A DNA stretch of 49,748 bases from an uncultured Chromatiales bacterium (GTDB taxonomy: Bacteria; Pseudomonadota; Gammaproteobacteria; RBG-16-57-12). Below, piece by piece: positions 21,967 through 32,251 of the stretch (position 1 is the stretch's first letter; each line of letters opens with the position of its first letter). A program made the position numbers and the translations under genes. The notes under the pieces are model-generated. The model saw only the letters and a program-made list of their open reading frames with translations, searched no databases and was not told where the DNA came from. Location: NCBI GenBank assembly GCA_964557295.1, contig CAZKZP010000001.1, forward strand, positions 43,798-93,545, in the 5' to 3' direction.

Positions 21967-23811
21967 TTACTGTCTTAGTTGGCTCAAGGTTTTTACCCGC
22001 GCGCCGATCAGTGGGATTTCTTCGGAATCGATAATCACGTCCAGCAGTGTGGGTCCCGTGCTGTGGCAGATCTTTTCGATGTCAAGCCGGGCAAGGTCCT
22101 CCGGGCTGCGGATGGCATAGGCATTCGCGCCCATGGCCCGCGCCATTTGGGCAAAGTCCACCGCCGGTAATGAATAGCCAATCGGTTCGGCGCCCGTCAT
22201 GCGTTGGGCGTGTTTAATCATTCCGAATGCTTGGTCATTGAGGACGACGTAGATCACTGGGAGATGTTCGGCCACGGCCACGGTGATTTCCTGTCCGCTC
22301 ATGAGAAAACAGCCGTCACCCGTGATGCAGACAACAGGTTTGTGATTGCATCCGAGCGCTATGCCAACGGCGGCGCCGATAGCCCAGCCCATGGCGCCAA
22401 AACTCAAACTGATATTTTGCTTTCCTGTGCCGTCCAGCATGAGATAGTGCGTGCACCATGACCAGGCATTGCCGGTATCGACGAGGAAGCTGGTGTTTTT
22501 CGGAAAGCGTTCGCCCAATTCACGTATGACACGCTGGGGCTTGAGCGGGACGCTGTCCGAATAACACTTGTCTTTATCGCTGACGGTGATGGTTTCGGGA
22601 AAGTAATCGGCGTTGGTTCGCGCCGAAGGACGATATTCGGGAAGGTCATCATAGGGCCGCTTGTCGATATTGGCTTCAAGGATGTCCCGGTGCAGGTGGG
22701 TGAAGAGGGTGCGCAGGTCGCCCAACACATGCAGGCACGCCATGGGCGAACGGGCAAAATCGTCTGCAGTTGCCGAGACGTGCACCAGTTTATTGTTCAG
22801 CAGTGAGGTGTCCCACCCGCTGGTGGAAAGTTCACCCAAGGCCGTACCCACGGCGAGAATCAAATCGACCTGGTCATTGTTAACGGTCTCGAAGGCGCTT
22901 TTGTGCCCGGCGAAACCGAACACGCCGCGATACAGCGGGTGATAGGTGTTAACCCAGCTCTTGCCGGTGGGGGTGGTCACGAACGGCGCTTGCATGTGCT
23001 CGGCAAAGGCCAGGATCGGTGTGATGGCATGGCGGCTGCCTCCCCCCAGGAACAGAATCGGATTCCTTGCGTTGAGGATGGCCTCTTTCAACGCCTCATA
23101 AGCGGATTGGTCGATGTTCTGTGGTTGCCGGAAGAGATGCGCCACCTGATACCCCTGGCTGAGGTTGGCGACCGGCATGTTCAGGATGTCCATCGGGATG
23201 CTCAGATGGACCGGTCCGCGTGGCTGGCGGAAGGCGTGCATCAAGGCGGTGTAGAGTTTCCCTTCTAGTTGGTTGGGATGTGAGACCAGGGAGTTATAGC
23301 GCGTGCAGTGCTCGAACATGCCGACGGTATCGATGGCTTCGCTGGAGGATTCCTGCAATCCCATCTTACCGAAACTCGGCAGCGCGGTTTGCGGTGTGAT
23401 GACCAGCATGGGGATGCGATCGACATACGCCGAGGCCACGCCGGTGATCAGATTGGTGGCGCCGGGGCCGGTGGTGGCGCAGCACACGCCCAGCTTGCCG
23501 GTCTCGCGTGCGTAACCGTCAGCCATGAAGGCGGCGCCGGCCTCATGGCGGGCGATGATCGGTCTGACATAGTGCCCGGTGCGCCGTTGCCGCAACGGAA
23601 TGATGCTTTTATTGACGAGTGGTCGCATCAGTTCGTCGACCGGCTGGCGCAGGTGCCGGCCGATGGCGTTGTACAGAGGCTCGATGGCGCCGCCCGGGAT
23701 TCCGAAGATGTATTCGACGTCGATCTGCGCCAGGTAGCGGATGATCAAGTCTGAATAGGTGAACACTGGTGCCGGGGCGTGTGATGGGAGCGACTGATCT
23801 TGGGTTGTCAT
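21967..23811 (-). CDS. Thiamine diphosphate-dependent enzyme (acetolactate synthase/acyloin synthase-like)
   Basis: FGIPGG, ARHEAGAAFMADGYAR, TTGPGATN, and ThDP motif GDGCFLM...VLND. No ilvH/ilvC nearby. Confidence 0.88.
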   Translation of the reverse strand: MTTQDQSLPSHAPAPVFTYSDLIIRYLAQIDVEYIFGIPGGAIEPLYNAIGRHLRQPVDELMRPLVNKSIIPLRQRRTGHYVRPIIARHEAGAAFMADGYARETGKLGVCCATTGPGATNLITGVASAYVDRIPMLVITPQTALPSFGKMGLQESSSEAIDTVGMFEHCTRYNSLVSHPNQLEGKLYTALMHAFRQPRGPVHLSIPMDILNMPVANLSQGYQVAHLFRQPQNIDQSAYEALKEAILNARNPILFLGGGSRHAITPILAFAEHMQAPFVTTPTGKSWVNTYHPLYRGVFGFAGHKSAFETVNNDQVDLILAVGTALGELSTSGWDTSLLNNKLVHVSATADDFARSPMACLHVLGDLRTLFTHLHRDILEANIDKRPYDDLPEYRPSARTNADYFPETITVSDKDKCYSDSVPLKPQRVIRELGERFPKNTSFLVDTGNAWSWCTHYLMLDGTGKQNISLSFGAMGWAIGAAVGIALGCNHKPVVCITGDGCFLMSGQEITVAVAEHLPVIYVVLNDQAFGMIKHAQRMTGAEPIGYSLPAVDFAQMARAMGANAYAIRSPEDLARLDIEKICHSTGPTLLDVIIDSEEIPLIGARVKTLSQLRQ

Positions 23812-24045
23812 GGCTTTATCGTTATCGCGTCAAGAGTTTTGCGGTTTTATGAATTCATAGTACATGCAAATTTATCAGTGTGTTAGGAAGGGATATAAAT
23901 TTGGTCTAATGGCATGTCTCGATGAGGTGCGGATATCGCTTTTGTGTCAGGGGCATGACACCGGCCCAGAAGTTTTCGCTTCGCGGGGATGCATGCTTGA
24001 CGATACAGATATAGCGATACGCTCGCGATCTAGCTGAGCCGAAAT

Positions 24046-24600
24046 TCACATTTTTGAATTTATAGATGGCTGGCGCTGTATCCACACATAAACCGCGCCA
24101 TTGCCGCCGTCTTGCGGGCGGGCGGAGCAAAAGGCCACCACTCGGCGCTGTTGCTGGAGCCATTGGTAGACCAGGTTCTTCAGCACGGGTTGCGTGCCTT
24201 GGGAGCGATAGCCTTTGCCATGGATGATCAGCAGGCAGCGCCTGGCCTGGGCCGAGGCGAGGGTGAGGAATTCCTGCAATGACGCGAGCGCCTCGGTGGT
24301 GGTCTGGCCATGGAGGTCGAGCCGCGCCTCGATGGTGACTTCCCCGCGCTTGAGTTTACGCAGCTGTTTTTGCGGCATCCCGCCGCGATGGAAGAAGACG
24401 TTGTCCTCCGGGGCGATCTGGATATCGATATCCAGCCCGTGGGCCGGCGGGGTATATTGAGGCTGGGACGGGCGGCGCGGCGCGGGACGCCGGTGGACCA
24501 CGCGCGTGTGGGTGACCGGCGCGACATCGCCGACCGTGCTGCGAAATAATTCGCGCTCATCGGCGGAGACATCTGTAGGTTTCTGAGGCTTTTTTCCCAT
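24046..24600 (-). CDS. Smr/MutS2-domain endonuclease (SmrA/SmrB-like)
   Basis: LDLHG, LIIHGKG, DGGNGAVYV. Confidence 0.92.
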   Translation of the reverse strand: MGKKPQKPTDVSADERELFRSTVGDVAPVTHTRVVHRRPAPRRPSQPQYTPPAHGLDIDIQIAPEDNVFFHRGGMPQKQLRKLKRGEVTIEARLDLHGQTTTEALASLQEFLTLASAQARRCLLIIHGKGYRSQGTQPVLKNLVYQWLQQQRRVVAFCSARPQDGGNGAVYVWIQRQPSINSKM

Positions 24601-24677
24601 ATCTATTCTAAGTCACGCCGGATCATTGTAATCTACGCAGATTGTTGTCCCAAGGTTTTTAGTGGTACTGCGAACGC

Positions 24678-25433
24678 GTGAAGATTCTAATCAGTAACGA
24701 TGACGGGGTGCAGGCGCCGGGCATCAAGGCGCTGACCCGGGCCTTGTCCCGCTTCGGCCAGGTGTGCGTGGTGGCGCCGGACCGTGACCGCAGTGGCGCC
24801 AGCAATTCCCTGACCCTCGATGGCCCGCTGCGGGTGACCAAGATCGAGGAGAATATCTACAGCATCAATGGCACGCCGACCGATTGCGTGCATCTGGCCT
24901 TGACCGGCCTGCTCGATTACGAGCCCGACATCGTGGTCTCCGGCGTGAATGCCGGGGCGAACATGGGGGACGATACGATCTATTCGGGCACGGTGGCCGC
25001 CGCGATGGAAGGGCGCTTCCTCGGCTTTCCCGCCATCGCCGTCTCGCTGGTCGGGCATCCGGCCACGCATTACACCACCGCCTGCGAGATGCTCTGCCGG
25101 CTGGTCGGGCATCTCGGCAGCCATCCGCTGCCGGGCAACACCATCCTCAATGTGAATGTGCCGGACGTGCCGCTTGAACAGGTCGCGGGCTTTCAGGTCA
25201 CGCGCCTCGGCCAGCGCCACCGCGCCGAGCCGGTGGTGAAATCCATAGACCCGCGCGGGCGGGAGATCTTCTGGATCGGTCCCGCCGGGCCGGAGCAGGA
25301 TGCCGGCGACGGCACCGACTTTTTCGCGGTTAAAAATAATTACGTGTCGGTGACGCCCTTGCAGATCGATCTGACCCGGCATGCGATGCTCAATGATTTG
25401 CGCCAATGGGTGGGGCGGCTCGGGCATGATTAA
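24678..25433 (+). CDS. surE: 5'/3'-nucleotidase SurE
   Basis: [34 protein letters not shown]. Confidence 0.97.
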   Translation: MKILISNDDGVQAPGIKALTRALSRFGQVCVVAPDRDRSGASNSLTLDGPLRVTKIEENIYSINGTPTDCVHLALTGLLDYEPDIVVSGVNAGANMGDDTIYSGTVAAAMEGRFLGFPAIAVSLVGHPATHYTTACEMLCRLVGHLGSHPLPGNTILNVNVPDVPLEQVAGFQVTRLGQRHRAEPVVKSIDPRGREIFWIGPAGPEQDAGDGTDFFAVKNNYVSVTPLQIDLTRHAMLNDLRQWVGRLGHD

Positions 25434-26088
25434 TTACGATCATCTCGGCATCGGCATGACCTCGCAGCGCACCCGCGACCGCTTGATCAACCGGCTGAAG
25501 GAGCAGGGCATCAGCGATCCGCGCGTGCTGGATACGATGCGCGTGACGCCGCGGCACATCTTCGTGGAAGAGGCGCTCTCCAGCCGTGCCTACGAGGACA
25601 CGGCCCTGCCGATCGGTTACGGCCAGACGATTTCCCAGCCGTATGTGGTGGCGCGCATGACCGAGGCGCTGCTGGCCGGCGGTCCGCTCAACAAGGTGCT
25701 GGAGGTCGGCGCTGGCTGCGGCTATCAAACCGCCATCCTCGCCCAGCTGGTGGGCTATGTTTATAGTGTCGAGCGCATCGCGCCCTTGGTCGAGGTGGCG
25801 CGGCGCAATGTGCGTGAACTGCGCCTGCGCAATGTGCGCATCGCGCATAACGACGGGAGCTGGGGCTGGGCGGAGTATGCGCCCTACGACGGCATCCTCG
25901 CCGCCGCGGCCCCCGAGCACGTGCCTGATGCGCTGCTCGAGCAATTGACGGTGGGCGGGCGACTGGTGATCCCGGTCGGCTCCCAAGGTAAACAGCAACT
26001 GACATTGGTCATTCGTCGCGAGGATGGATTCGAACACACGGTGCTGGAGAACGTCAGCTTTGTGCCGATGCTGAGAGGGCCGCGCTAA
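25426..26088 (+). CDS. pcm: Protein-L-isoaspartate O-methyltransferase
   Basis: [37 protein letters not shown]. Start placed at ATG 25426. Confidence 0.96.
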   Translation: MINYDHLGIGMTSQRTRDRLINRLKEQGISDPRVLDTMRVTPRHIFVEEALSSRAYEDTALPIGYGQTISQPYVVARMTEALLAGGPLNKVLEVGAGCGYQTAILAQLVGYVYSVERIAPLVEVARRNVRELRLRNVRIAHNDGSWGWAEYAPYDGILAAAAPEHVPDALLEQLTVGGRLVIPVGSQGKQQLTLVIRREDGFEHTVLENVSFVPMLRGPR

Positions 26089-26163
26089 TGAAGGTTGTTT
26101 TGCGACTGTATAGACCGGGTCGCGGGTCAATTGCGCTGATCGCAATCGGACATGCACTGCCTA

Positions 26164-26295
26164 GTTATTAACCTGGTGGATAAAGATGTCTGCTGCTGTA
26201 GGAGCAAGCTTCAGCTTGCGATCAGCCACCTCTGCGATGATCGCTATCTAAAGATGGCTCCTACATCTGATGTAATTGATCGCCGGGTTGATAAC
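26164..26295 (+). repeat. MITE/REPIN-like element, family A copy 1
   Basis: Imperfect terminal inverted repeats GTTATTAACCTGGTG...CGCCGGGTTGATAAC around a TGTAGGAGC...GCTCCTACA palindrome. Close copies at 42748-42925 (inverted) and 47584-47653 (core only). Confidence 0.85.
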
Positions 26296-26301
26296 CGGCT
26301 G

Positions 26302-27078
26302 ATGCCTGTTTTCGCCCACATCAAATTCTTGTCCCTGGTGCTTCTCCTCGCGCCGCTGCTGATATCGTGTGGCGGACATGTTTATCATGTCGTGGAGCCT
26401 GGTGAGACGCTCTACTCCATCAGTTGGATCTACGACCAGAATTACAAGGATATCGCTCGATGGAACGGAATCGAGGAGCCATACGCGATCCGGCGCGGCC
26501 AGCGGCTGCGTGTGGCGGCGTATGGGCCGGGCGAGCAGGCGCCGGTGCGGGAACGTGCGCCCAAGGCGACCGCAAAACCATTTCCCGCCCCAAGCTCAAG
26601 ACCTTCGGCCATTGCAAAGCCGTTTCCTTCGACACCCGCTCCAGCGCCCGTGCGAACACCGCCAAGCCGGATTCCAGCGACTGCTTCTCCCACTTCTGAT
26701 GAGGGTTTGATTCGCTGGGTATGGCCGACAAAAGGTGGGGTTGTAAATGAGTTCTCCATCTCAAAAATGAACAAAGGAATTGATATCAGGGGTAAACAGG
26801 GTCAACCTGTTCATTCTGCCGCATCGGGCAAGATTGTATACGCTGGAAGTGGTTTGGTGGGTTATGGCAAGATGATCATCATCAATCATAATCAAACCTT
26901 TCTCAGCGCGTACGCGCATAACAGTGAAATCCTGGTGTCTGAGGGAAGCCAAGTCAAGCAAGGGGAATTAATCGCGCGGATGGGCAGCACGGGAACCGAT
27001 AGCACCAAGCTGCACTTTGAGATCCGCCGTGATGGCAAGCCCGTCAATCCCCTCGATTATCTCCCAAAGACGCACTGA
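26302..27078 (+). CDS. nlpD: LysM/M23 lipoprotein NlpD
   Basis: Lipobox LISC, LysM ([13 protein letters not shown]), Pro-rich linker, M23 domain (NKGIDI, AYAHN, LHFEIR). Directly upstream of rpoS. Start placed at ATG 26302. Confidence 0.9.
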   Translation: MPVFAHIKFLSLVLLLAPLLISCGGHVYHVVEPGETLYSISWIYDQNYKDIARWNGIEEPYAIRRGQRLRVAAYGPGEQAPVRERAPKATAKPFPAPSSRPSAIAKPFPSTPAPAPVRTPPSRIPATASPTSDEGLIRWVWPTKGGVVNEFSISKMNKGIDIRGKQGQPVHSAASGKIVYAGSGLVGYGKMIIINHNQTFLSAYAHNSEILVSEGSQVKQGELIARMGSTGTDSTKLHFEIRRDGKPVNPLDYLPKTH

Positions 27079-27095
27079 ACCTAGGAGATGGGACT

Positions 27096-28106
27096 ATGAG
27101 CCGAAAAGTGGAAAGGAAAGTGTCCGTCGTCGAGGACCATGTGGAGCCCGCGGCCAACGAGCTAGAGTTGGCAGTGGCGGACGTGGATCTGGAGAACGAG
27201 CTGAAAGAGGAAGTGGAGGATGAGGCGGACGAGCCTATTGTTTTCAATGCCGGGGAGATGCCGGAAAGCGATCTGGATGCAACCCGTCTCTATCTGAATG
27301 AAATCGGCTTCACGCCCTTGCTCACGGCGGCCGAAGAAGTCCATTACGCGCGCTGGGCTCAGCGCGGCGAGCCCAACTGCCGCAAGCGCATGATCGAAAG
27401 CAATCTGCGGCTGGTGGTCAAGATTTCGCGGCGCTACCTCAATCGCGGTCTCGCCTTGCTGGACCTGATCGAAGAAGGGAATCTGGGGCTCATCAAAGCG
27501 GTCGAGAAGTTCGATCCGGAGCGCGGTTTCCGTTTTTCCACCTATGCCACGTGGTGGATCAGGCAAACCGTCGAGCGCGCGATCATGAACCAGACGCGCA
27601 CCATCCGCTTGCCGATTCACGTGGTGAAGGAAATCAATGTCTATCTGCGCGCCGCGCGGCATTTGTCTCAAGTGCTCGATCATGATCCCACGCCGGAGGA
27701 AATCGCGGCCCTGCTGGATAAGCCCGTGGACGAAATCGAGCACATGCTCAATCTCAATGAGCGGGTCACCTCGGTTGACGCCCCACTGTCCCGCGATTCC
27801 GACAAATCGATGCTCGATGCGATTGCCGATGAGAACAGCGCGGATCCGGTGGTAAAGCTTCAGGACGAAGACATGCACACCAACATCGAGTCTTGGCTGA
27901 ATCAGCTCACGGACAAACAGCGCGAAGTGCTGGCGCGTCGCTTCGGCCTGAACGGTTACGATGTCTACACGCTCGAAGAAGTGGGGGTGGAGCTTGGTGT
28001 GACGCGCGAGCGGGTGCGCCAGATCCAACTCGAGGCGCTCAAACGCCTGCGTGAGATCATGGAGCGTGAAGGGTTTTCAATTGATATCCTGCTCAGCGGT
28101 CCTTGA
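27096..28106 (+). CDS. rpoS: RNA polymerase sigma factor RpoS
   Basis: [41 protein letters not shown]. Follows nlpD. Confidence 0.97.
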   Translation: MSRKVERKVSVVEDHVEPAANELELAVADVDLENELKEEVEDEADEPIVFNAGEMPESDLDATRLYLNEIGFTPLLTAAEEVHYARWAQRGEPNCRKRMIESNLRLVVKISRRYLNRGLALLDLIEEGNLGLIKAVEKFDPERGFRFSTYATWWIRQTVERAIMNQTRTIRLPIHVVKEINVYLRAARHLSQVLDHDPTPEEIAALLDKPVDEIEHMLNLNERVTSVDAPLSRDSDKSMLDAIADENSADPVVKLQDEDMHTNIESWLNQLTDKQREVLARRFGLNGYDVYTLEEVGVELGVTRERVRQIQLEALKRLREIMEREGFSIDILLSGP

Positions 28107-28161
28107 ATGAAAATGGCGCCGCATTCGCGGCCTTTTGGAATAGTCGTGAGAGGTAAGATGT

Positions 28162-28791
28162 ATGAATAAAACGCTCGTCGCGGGTGTCCTGATGGCCTCC
28201 GGCATGATTCAGCAAAGCGTATGTGCCGCGGCAGATACGATGTATGCCGGGCTTTTTTTCGGACAGAGCACCACCGATGCGCAGGATCTGCGCGGGGTGA
28301 TCAATGACGGCTCCTTTCCCGGGGGGATCAGCACCGACACCAGCGATGTTGCACTCGGTGTGTATTTCGGCGCCAAAATGGTGCCCGCGCTGGCCGTGGA
28401 ATTCGGGTATCAGAATCTCGGCAGCTTTACGGCCACTGGCACCTCCACTGGTTCCGGGGTGTTTCCCAGCGGCGCCGTCGATGGCGAGATCGATGCCAGC
28501 GTCTTCAGCGCCTCGCTCCTGGGCATGTACCACCCGCGCGAGGAATTCGGCCTCTATGGCAGGCTCGGCGGCTACCGGGCGACGACCGATGCCAGCCGTA
28601 CCGTCTTGAGCGCGGATACCAGCAATTTCGGCATGATACTCGGGTTGGGTGGCCAATTCAGCATCGCCCACGATATGTTCGTGCGTCTCGAATGGACCAT
28701 GTACCAGGATCTGGAATTCATCACCCCGTCCGATACCACCGCCGAACTGACGGTGGAGACGATCGGCGCGAGTCTCGCCTTGACCTTCTGA
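28162..28791 (+). CDS. OmpA-like outer membrane beta-barrel protein
   Basis: Signal peptide, AVEFGYQNLG, LYGRLGG, alternating strands, C-terminal Phe. Confidence 0.75.
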   Translation: MNKTLVAGVLMASGMIQQSVCAAADTMYAGLFFGQSTTDAQDLRGVINDGSFPGGISTDTSDVALGVYFGAKMVPALAVEFGYQNLGSFTATGTSTGSGVFPSGAVDGEIDASVFSASLLGMYHPREEFGLYGRLGGYRATTDASRTVLSADTSNFGMILGLGGQFSIAHDMFVRLEWTMYQDLEFITPSDTTAELTVETIGASLALTF

Positions 28792-28879
28792 TCGCCAACG
28801 GACAAGTAGGGGCTCATTCACCTCGCGGCTCGCGGCATTGCCGCGTCCGACGTGGGAAGCTATCAACAATTATTTTTTC

Positions 28880-28987
28880 GTCATTCCGGCGCATGCCGGA
28901 TAAGTGGTGCATGGATGCACCGTTCACAAAGCCAAGGCTGTAATCCAGCTAGCTGTAGAATGCTAAACATTCAATTCTGGATTCCGG
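28880..28987. repeat. Degenerate REP-like inverted pair (GTCATTCCGGC...GCCGGAATCCAG type), interrupted
   Basis: Removing 28901-28942 restores CCGGAATCCAG, the exact reverse complement of CTGGATTCCGG at 28977-28987. Confidence 0.6.
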
Positions 28988-29086
28988 TTCCCTCCTTTCA
29001 GCGCAGTCTATCCCTCCCGTGAACTCGTAGTAGTCACACACCTCCCGCATTGGCCAATAACGCGGCTAACAGCCTGACGATGATCA

Positions 29087-29119
29087 GTAGGTTGGCACTG
29101 AGCGCAACGAAGCCCAACA
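29087..29119 (+). repeat. GTAG-class REP-like hairpin
   Basis: GTAGGTTGGCACTGAGCGCAACGAAGCCCAACA: a GTAG tetranucleotide followed by a GTTGG...CCAAC stem. Confidence 0.45.
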
Positions 29120-29183
29120 TTTATGCAGTGATCCTGGAAACGGTAGTTGACCGCTTCATTGAAGGTTGAACGTCATGATCCTG

Positions 29184-29426
29184 GTTATTAACCCGGCGAC
29201 AAAATAGATCTGGTGTACTGTTCCCTCTCCCCCAGGGAGAGGGCTAGGGTGAGGGGGATTAACACATTAATTTACCCCCTCATCCTCGGCAACCGCTCCA
29301 TGCGTTGCCCTACCTCCTGCATCCGTGCAGTCGTGTCCTTCTACCCTAAAGGGCATAAATCCCGGAGGGAGAAGGGACGCTTTTTTAAGACGCGTGGCAG
29401 ATATATTTAATCGCTGGGTTAATACC
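29184..29426 (+). repeat. MITE-like element, family B copy 1 (boxC-like CCCTCTCCC/GGGAGAGGG hairpins)
   Basis: Terminal inverted repeats TATTAACCCGGCGA...TCGCTGGGTTAATA. Aligns end to end with the reverse complement of 44847-45018 apart from two insertions. Confidence 0.85.
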
Positions 29427-29636
29427 TTAGTCATGAAGTCTGCGATCACCATCACCGTCCTGGTGACGCCGCTATGGGGCGGAGAGCCTGCGCCGCAAAA
29501 ACCGCACACTCCGTCTCATTCAACTGCCGATTCCAGGATGATTGGTTTTGTTTTGACGAGCAGCAACACATCAGAACTGGTTAGTCGCATTATCTGAGAA
29601 CAGGATCGGCAGAAAACATCAGGAAAGGGATGAAAG

Positions 29637-30677
29637 ATGTTGAACAGAAAACTCACGCCCATGAGCCGGGTGCGCGACGATGAGGTGGGATATATCCAGA
29701 TGCCATTTCCAGCGCAAGCGGCCGTGAAAACTGCAAGGCACGCAGGCATCGCGTGGATCATTGGACTGAATGATTGGTGGCTACATTGTGTCCATGATCA
29801 AGTGCCGCGAAATTGGGATTTCGAGCAACGCGCCTGGGACCAACTACTCAAACTGGTCGATCAAGGCGAGCTGGTGCTGCTGGACCGTGACACCACTTCC
29901 AGGATGCATCGCCCCGCCTGCCGGCAAGTGGAAGGAAAGTGGGTGTTCGATGATGGCCTATACTGGCGCTCGCACTTCAGGTGGCATCTGGAAGGGCGCC
30001 TGCAACGATTAGAAATCGAACGCCTCTATCGCGAACGCTGGGAGCAACAACGGGCTGTTTCGGCGAGTGGCCCCGATGGGCTGCCCACCGAGCCGGCCGT
30101 GATCAAGCCCGCGACGCTGGGGCCGCATGTGGGGTGCGAGGATACTTCAGGCGCTCTTACAAGGCCCGCGCCGCAGATGCCAATGCAAGCTACCATGAAG
30201 CTCAGTGAGGAAGTGCCGGGTACAGCTCAGTCTTGGAAAGGAAAGCTGAGGGGAGAAGAGGTTGAGCTTGACGGAGTGTCCACAAAGCGGCTCGAATATT
30301 CAAAACGTTCATCAGAGGAACTGGCAAAACTTAGGAGAGAGTTCAACTCAGGTGCACGCTCTGGATTCCTTAAGGATCTAGCCAGCGATCCGGTGAAAGT
30401 AGGCAAACTTAAAGAAGCTGGGTTGAGCGATTCAGACCTTGCGCTGATGCGCGCTGGTAAGGTGCCCGAGGGGGATTGGCAAGTTCATCATAAGCTACCG
30501 CTCGATGATGGCGGTACCAACGCGATGGAAAATCTTGTTTTGATCAAGAATGACCCATATCACATGGCTGTTACGAATGCCCAGTCTGAGCTCGCGAGAG
30601 GGTTGCAATCTGGTCAGACAAAGATGATGGATTTTCCTGTGATCTCGGGATTTGTCTATCCGCCAACCCTGATATAG
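29637..30677 (+). CDS. Polymorphic toxin 1: unknown N-terminal domain plus HNH nuclease tip
   Basis: aa 1-166 closely match the N-terminus of 32906..33928. The C-terminus WQVHHKLPLDDGGTNAMENLVLIKNDPYH is an HNH motif. Confidence 0.85.
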   Translation: MLNRKLTPMSRVRDDEVGYIQMPFPAQAAVKTARHAGIAWIIGLNDWWLHCVHDQVPRNWDFEQRAWDQLLKLVDQGELVLLDRDTTSRMHRPACRQVEGKWVFDDGLYWRSHFRWHLEGRLQRLEIERLYRERWEQQRAVSASGPDGLPTEPAVIKPATLGPHVGCEDTSGALTRPAPQMPMQATMKLSEEVPGTAQSWKGKLRGEEVELDGVSTKRLEYSKRSSEELAKLRREFNSGARSGFLKDLASDPVKVGKLKEAGLSDSDLALMRAGKVPEGDWQVHHKLPLDDGGTNAMENLVLIKNDPYHMAVTNAQSELARGLQSGQTKMMDFPVISGFVYPPTLI

Positions 30678-30698
30678 TTCGACTCAAAAGGATCCTTT

Positions 30699-31148
30699 AT
30701 GTATCAACAACTCTTGGAAAAGGTGGCAACTGAGAAACTGCAATTCGGCCGGGCCATGCAACCGCCCGCCTCTGAGGCAGAAATCGAAGCATTAGTTCTC
30801 AAGTCACGCACGCGACTTGGGGCAGAATTGCCGGCTGACTATTTGGATTTTTTAAGGCGAACTAATGGCTATAGTTGGAATGGATTAGGTATTTTCGCAA
30901 CGCATGAAATGCAAATTGTTGGCTCCACCGATAAGTTTGTGCATGATTTCACCGAAATGAACTTATATTATCGAGATAACTCGGATTACAAAAATCGTTT
31001 GGTCTTTGGTGACGGCAACATGGATGTTTATGTATATGAGATTGCTGATAAACAGTATGCGATTGTTGATCGAGTTCCTGGCAATGTTATTGAAAGATTA
31101 TCCTCATTTGATGAGTTGATTTCCAGAGCGATTGAGGATCATTTGTGA
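30699..31148 (+). CDS. SMI1/KNR4 (SUKH, YrhA-like) immunity protein
   Basis: PPASEAEIEAL, LPADYLDFLRRTNG, LVFGD, SSFDELI. Directly after the HNH toxin. Confidence 0.87.
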   Translation: MYQQLLEKVATEKLQFGRAMQPPASEAEIEALVLKSRTRLGAELPADYLDFLRRTNGYSWNGLGIFATHEMQIVGSTDKFVHDFTEMNLYYRDNSDYKNRLVFGDGNMDVYVYEIADKQYAIVDRVPGNVIERLSSFDELISRAIEDHL

Positions 31149-31288
31149 TCAACAGATGATGCTTGGCCTTTCATAGCATGCGTTGCATGAATTAAGTAGC
31201 AAGTATTAGAGGCGACTGAGGTAGAATTGTTGATATTTCGATTCTGTCTGATGGTTTTTGAGCTAATTCTATCCAAAGGATTTATCAC

Positions 31289-32113
31289 ATGAATATTAGA
31301 TTGCGTTTTACCTCGCTGTTCAGTGGACATCGCTGGCAGGCATTCATCTTTGTGTTATCGCTGAGTACGCTACACGGCTGTGGCGGCGGTGGTGGAGATA
31401 ATGTCACCAACGCCAACCCGAATGGGTATTACAGCAATGCCGGGAGTGCGGATGTGAAGATGGGGGACAATGTGAATCCACGCCCCATCACGGATTTGCA
31501 GGGCATGATCCACGATGGTCAATTCGTGATGCTCAGCGAATCGGAGCAGTTGGCCTATCACGGCACGATCACGGTGAGAGGGAATTCATTCACAGGCTCT
31601 GTCATCGTTTATGAAGACGGAACTGGCGATCCAACGCCGGTGCCGGTTAGTGGCACGATCAATGCGGATAAATCCATTGATGGCACATTGAGCGGGGCGG
31701 GCGCGGGTAACGGGGCGTTCGCGTTGAAATACTCAGACGAGAATGTTGTTGCGGTAGATAATGCGAATTTATTTGTGAAAAGCCCGTGGTGGGCATATGT
31801 GAGGGATAGCAATTTCTTTAAACTATCTGTAGATAATATCGTGAATCAGCAAGATGCGAATCTTGGCAATCTATCTCAACCATTAGGCACTATTTTTAAT
31901 GAATGTAATATTTTAGGGCGTATCGATCCCGTGGCGACACATGTATATTCCGTCTCGGTGGTGTTGAGCAATTGCACGAATTCTAGTGTGCTAGTTAATC
32001 CAAACTATAGTGGTTTAGCCACGTTGCGTACTGAGAATTCAACGACACCCAATGACCGCTTTGTGATCAGTCTTTCCAATGGCGCGTATAGCATCAATGG
32101 GGAATTCCAATAG
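31289..32113 (+). CDS. Lipoprotein of unknown function, copy 1
   Basis: Lipobox LHGC then GGGGG linker, beta-rich body. Paralog at 34745..35566. Confidence 0.78.
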   Translation: MNIRLRFTSLFSGHRWQAFIFVLSLSTLHGCGGGGGDNVTNANPNGYYSNAGSADVKMGDNVNPRPITDLQGMIHDGQFVMLSESEQLAYHGTITVRGNSFTGSVIVYEDGTGDPTPVPVSGTINADKSIDGTLSGAGAGNGAFALKYSDENVVAVDNANLFVKSPWWAYVRDSNFFKLSVDNIVNQQDANLGNLSQPLGTIFNECNILGRIDPVATHVYSVSVVLSNCTNSSVLVNPNYSGLATLRTENSTTPNDRFVISLSNGAYSINGEFQ

Positions 32114-32251
32114 CTTGCACAAGGAGCGAAGGGGGCAGTGTAGTACTCACCCACCCAAATCCTTCCGGTGGGAAAGGGCACAGACGCTTGGTTTATTTTG
32201 ATCTCGTGTGAATCATAGACTGGCCTGGCGAAGTGGGAACATCATTTTCGA

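Noticed and set aside
21967-23811. Calling the ThDP enzyme ilvB/ilvI
   Set aside because: No regulatory subunit or ilv genes nearby, an extra ~30-aa insertion before ARHE, and an accessory location. No symbol assigned.
26152-26301. 50-aa N-terminal extension of NlpD and similar peptides in ORFs 42607..42789 and 47567..47860 (CRSKLQLAI, MAPT)
   Set aside because: These are translations of the family A repeat. The NlpD signal peptide starts at 26302.
28118-28136. Terminator after rpoS
   Set aside because: Only a 5-bp stem and four T residues, too weak to call.
28988-29086. Possible group II intron remnant, attC site or type I toxin leader (AAAGGAGG on the minus strand)
   Set aside because: No domain V, no complete R-box pair and no suitably spaced start codon could be identified. 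Left unassigned.
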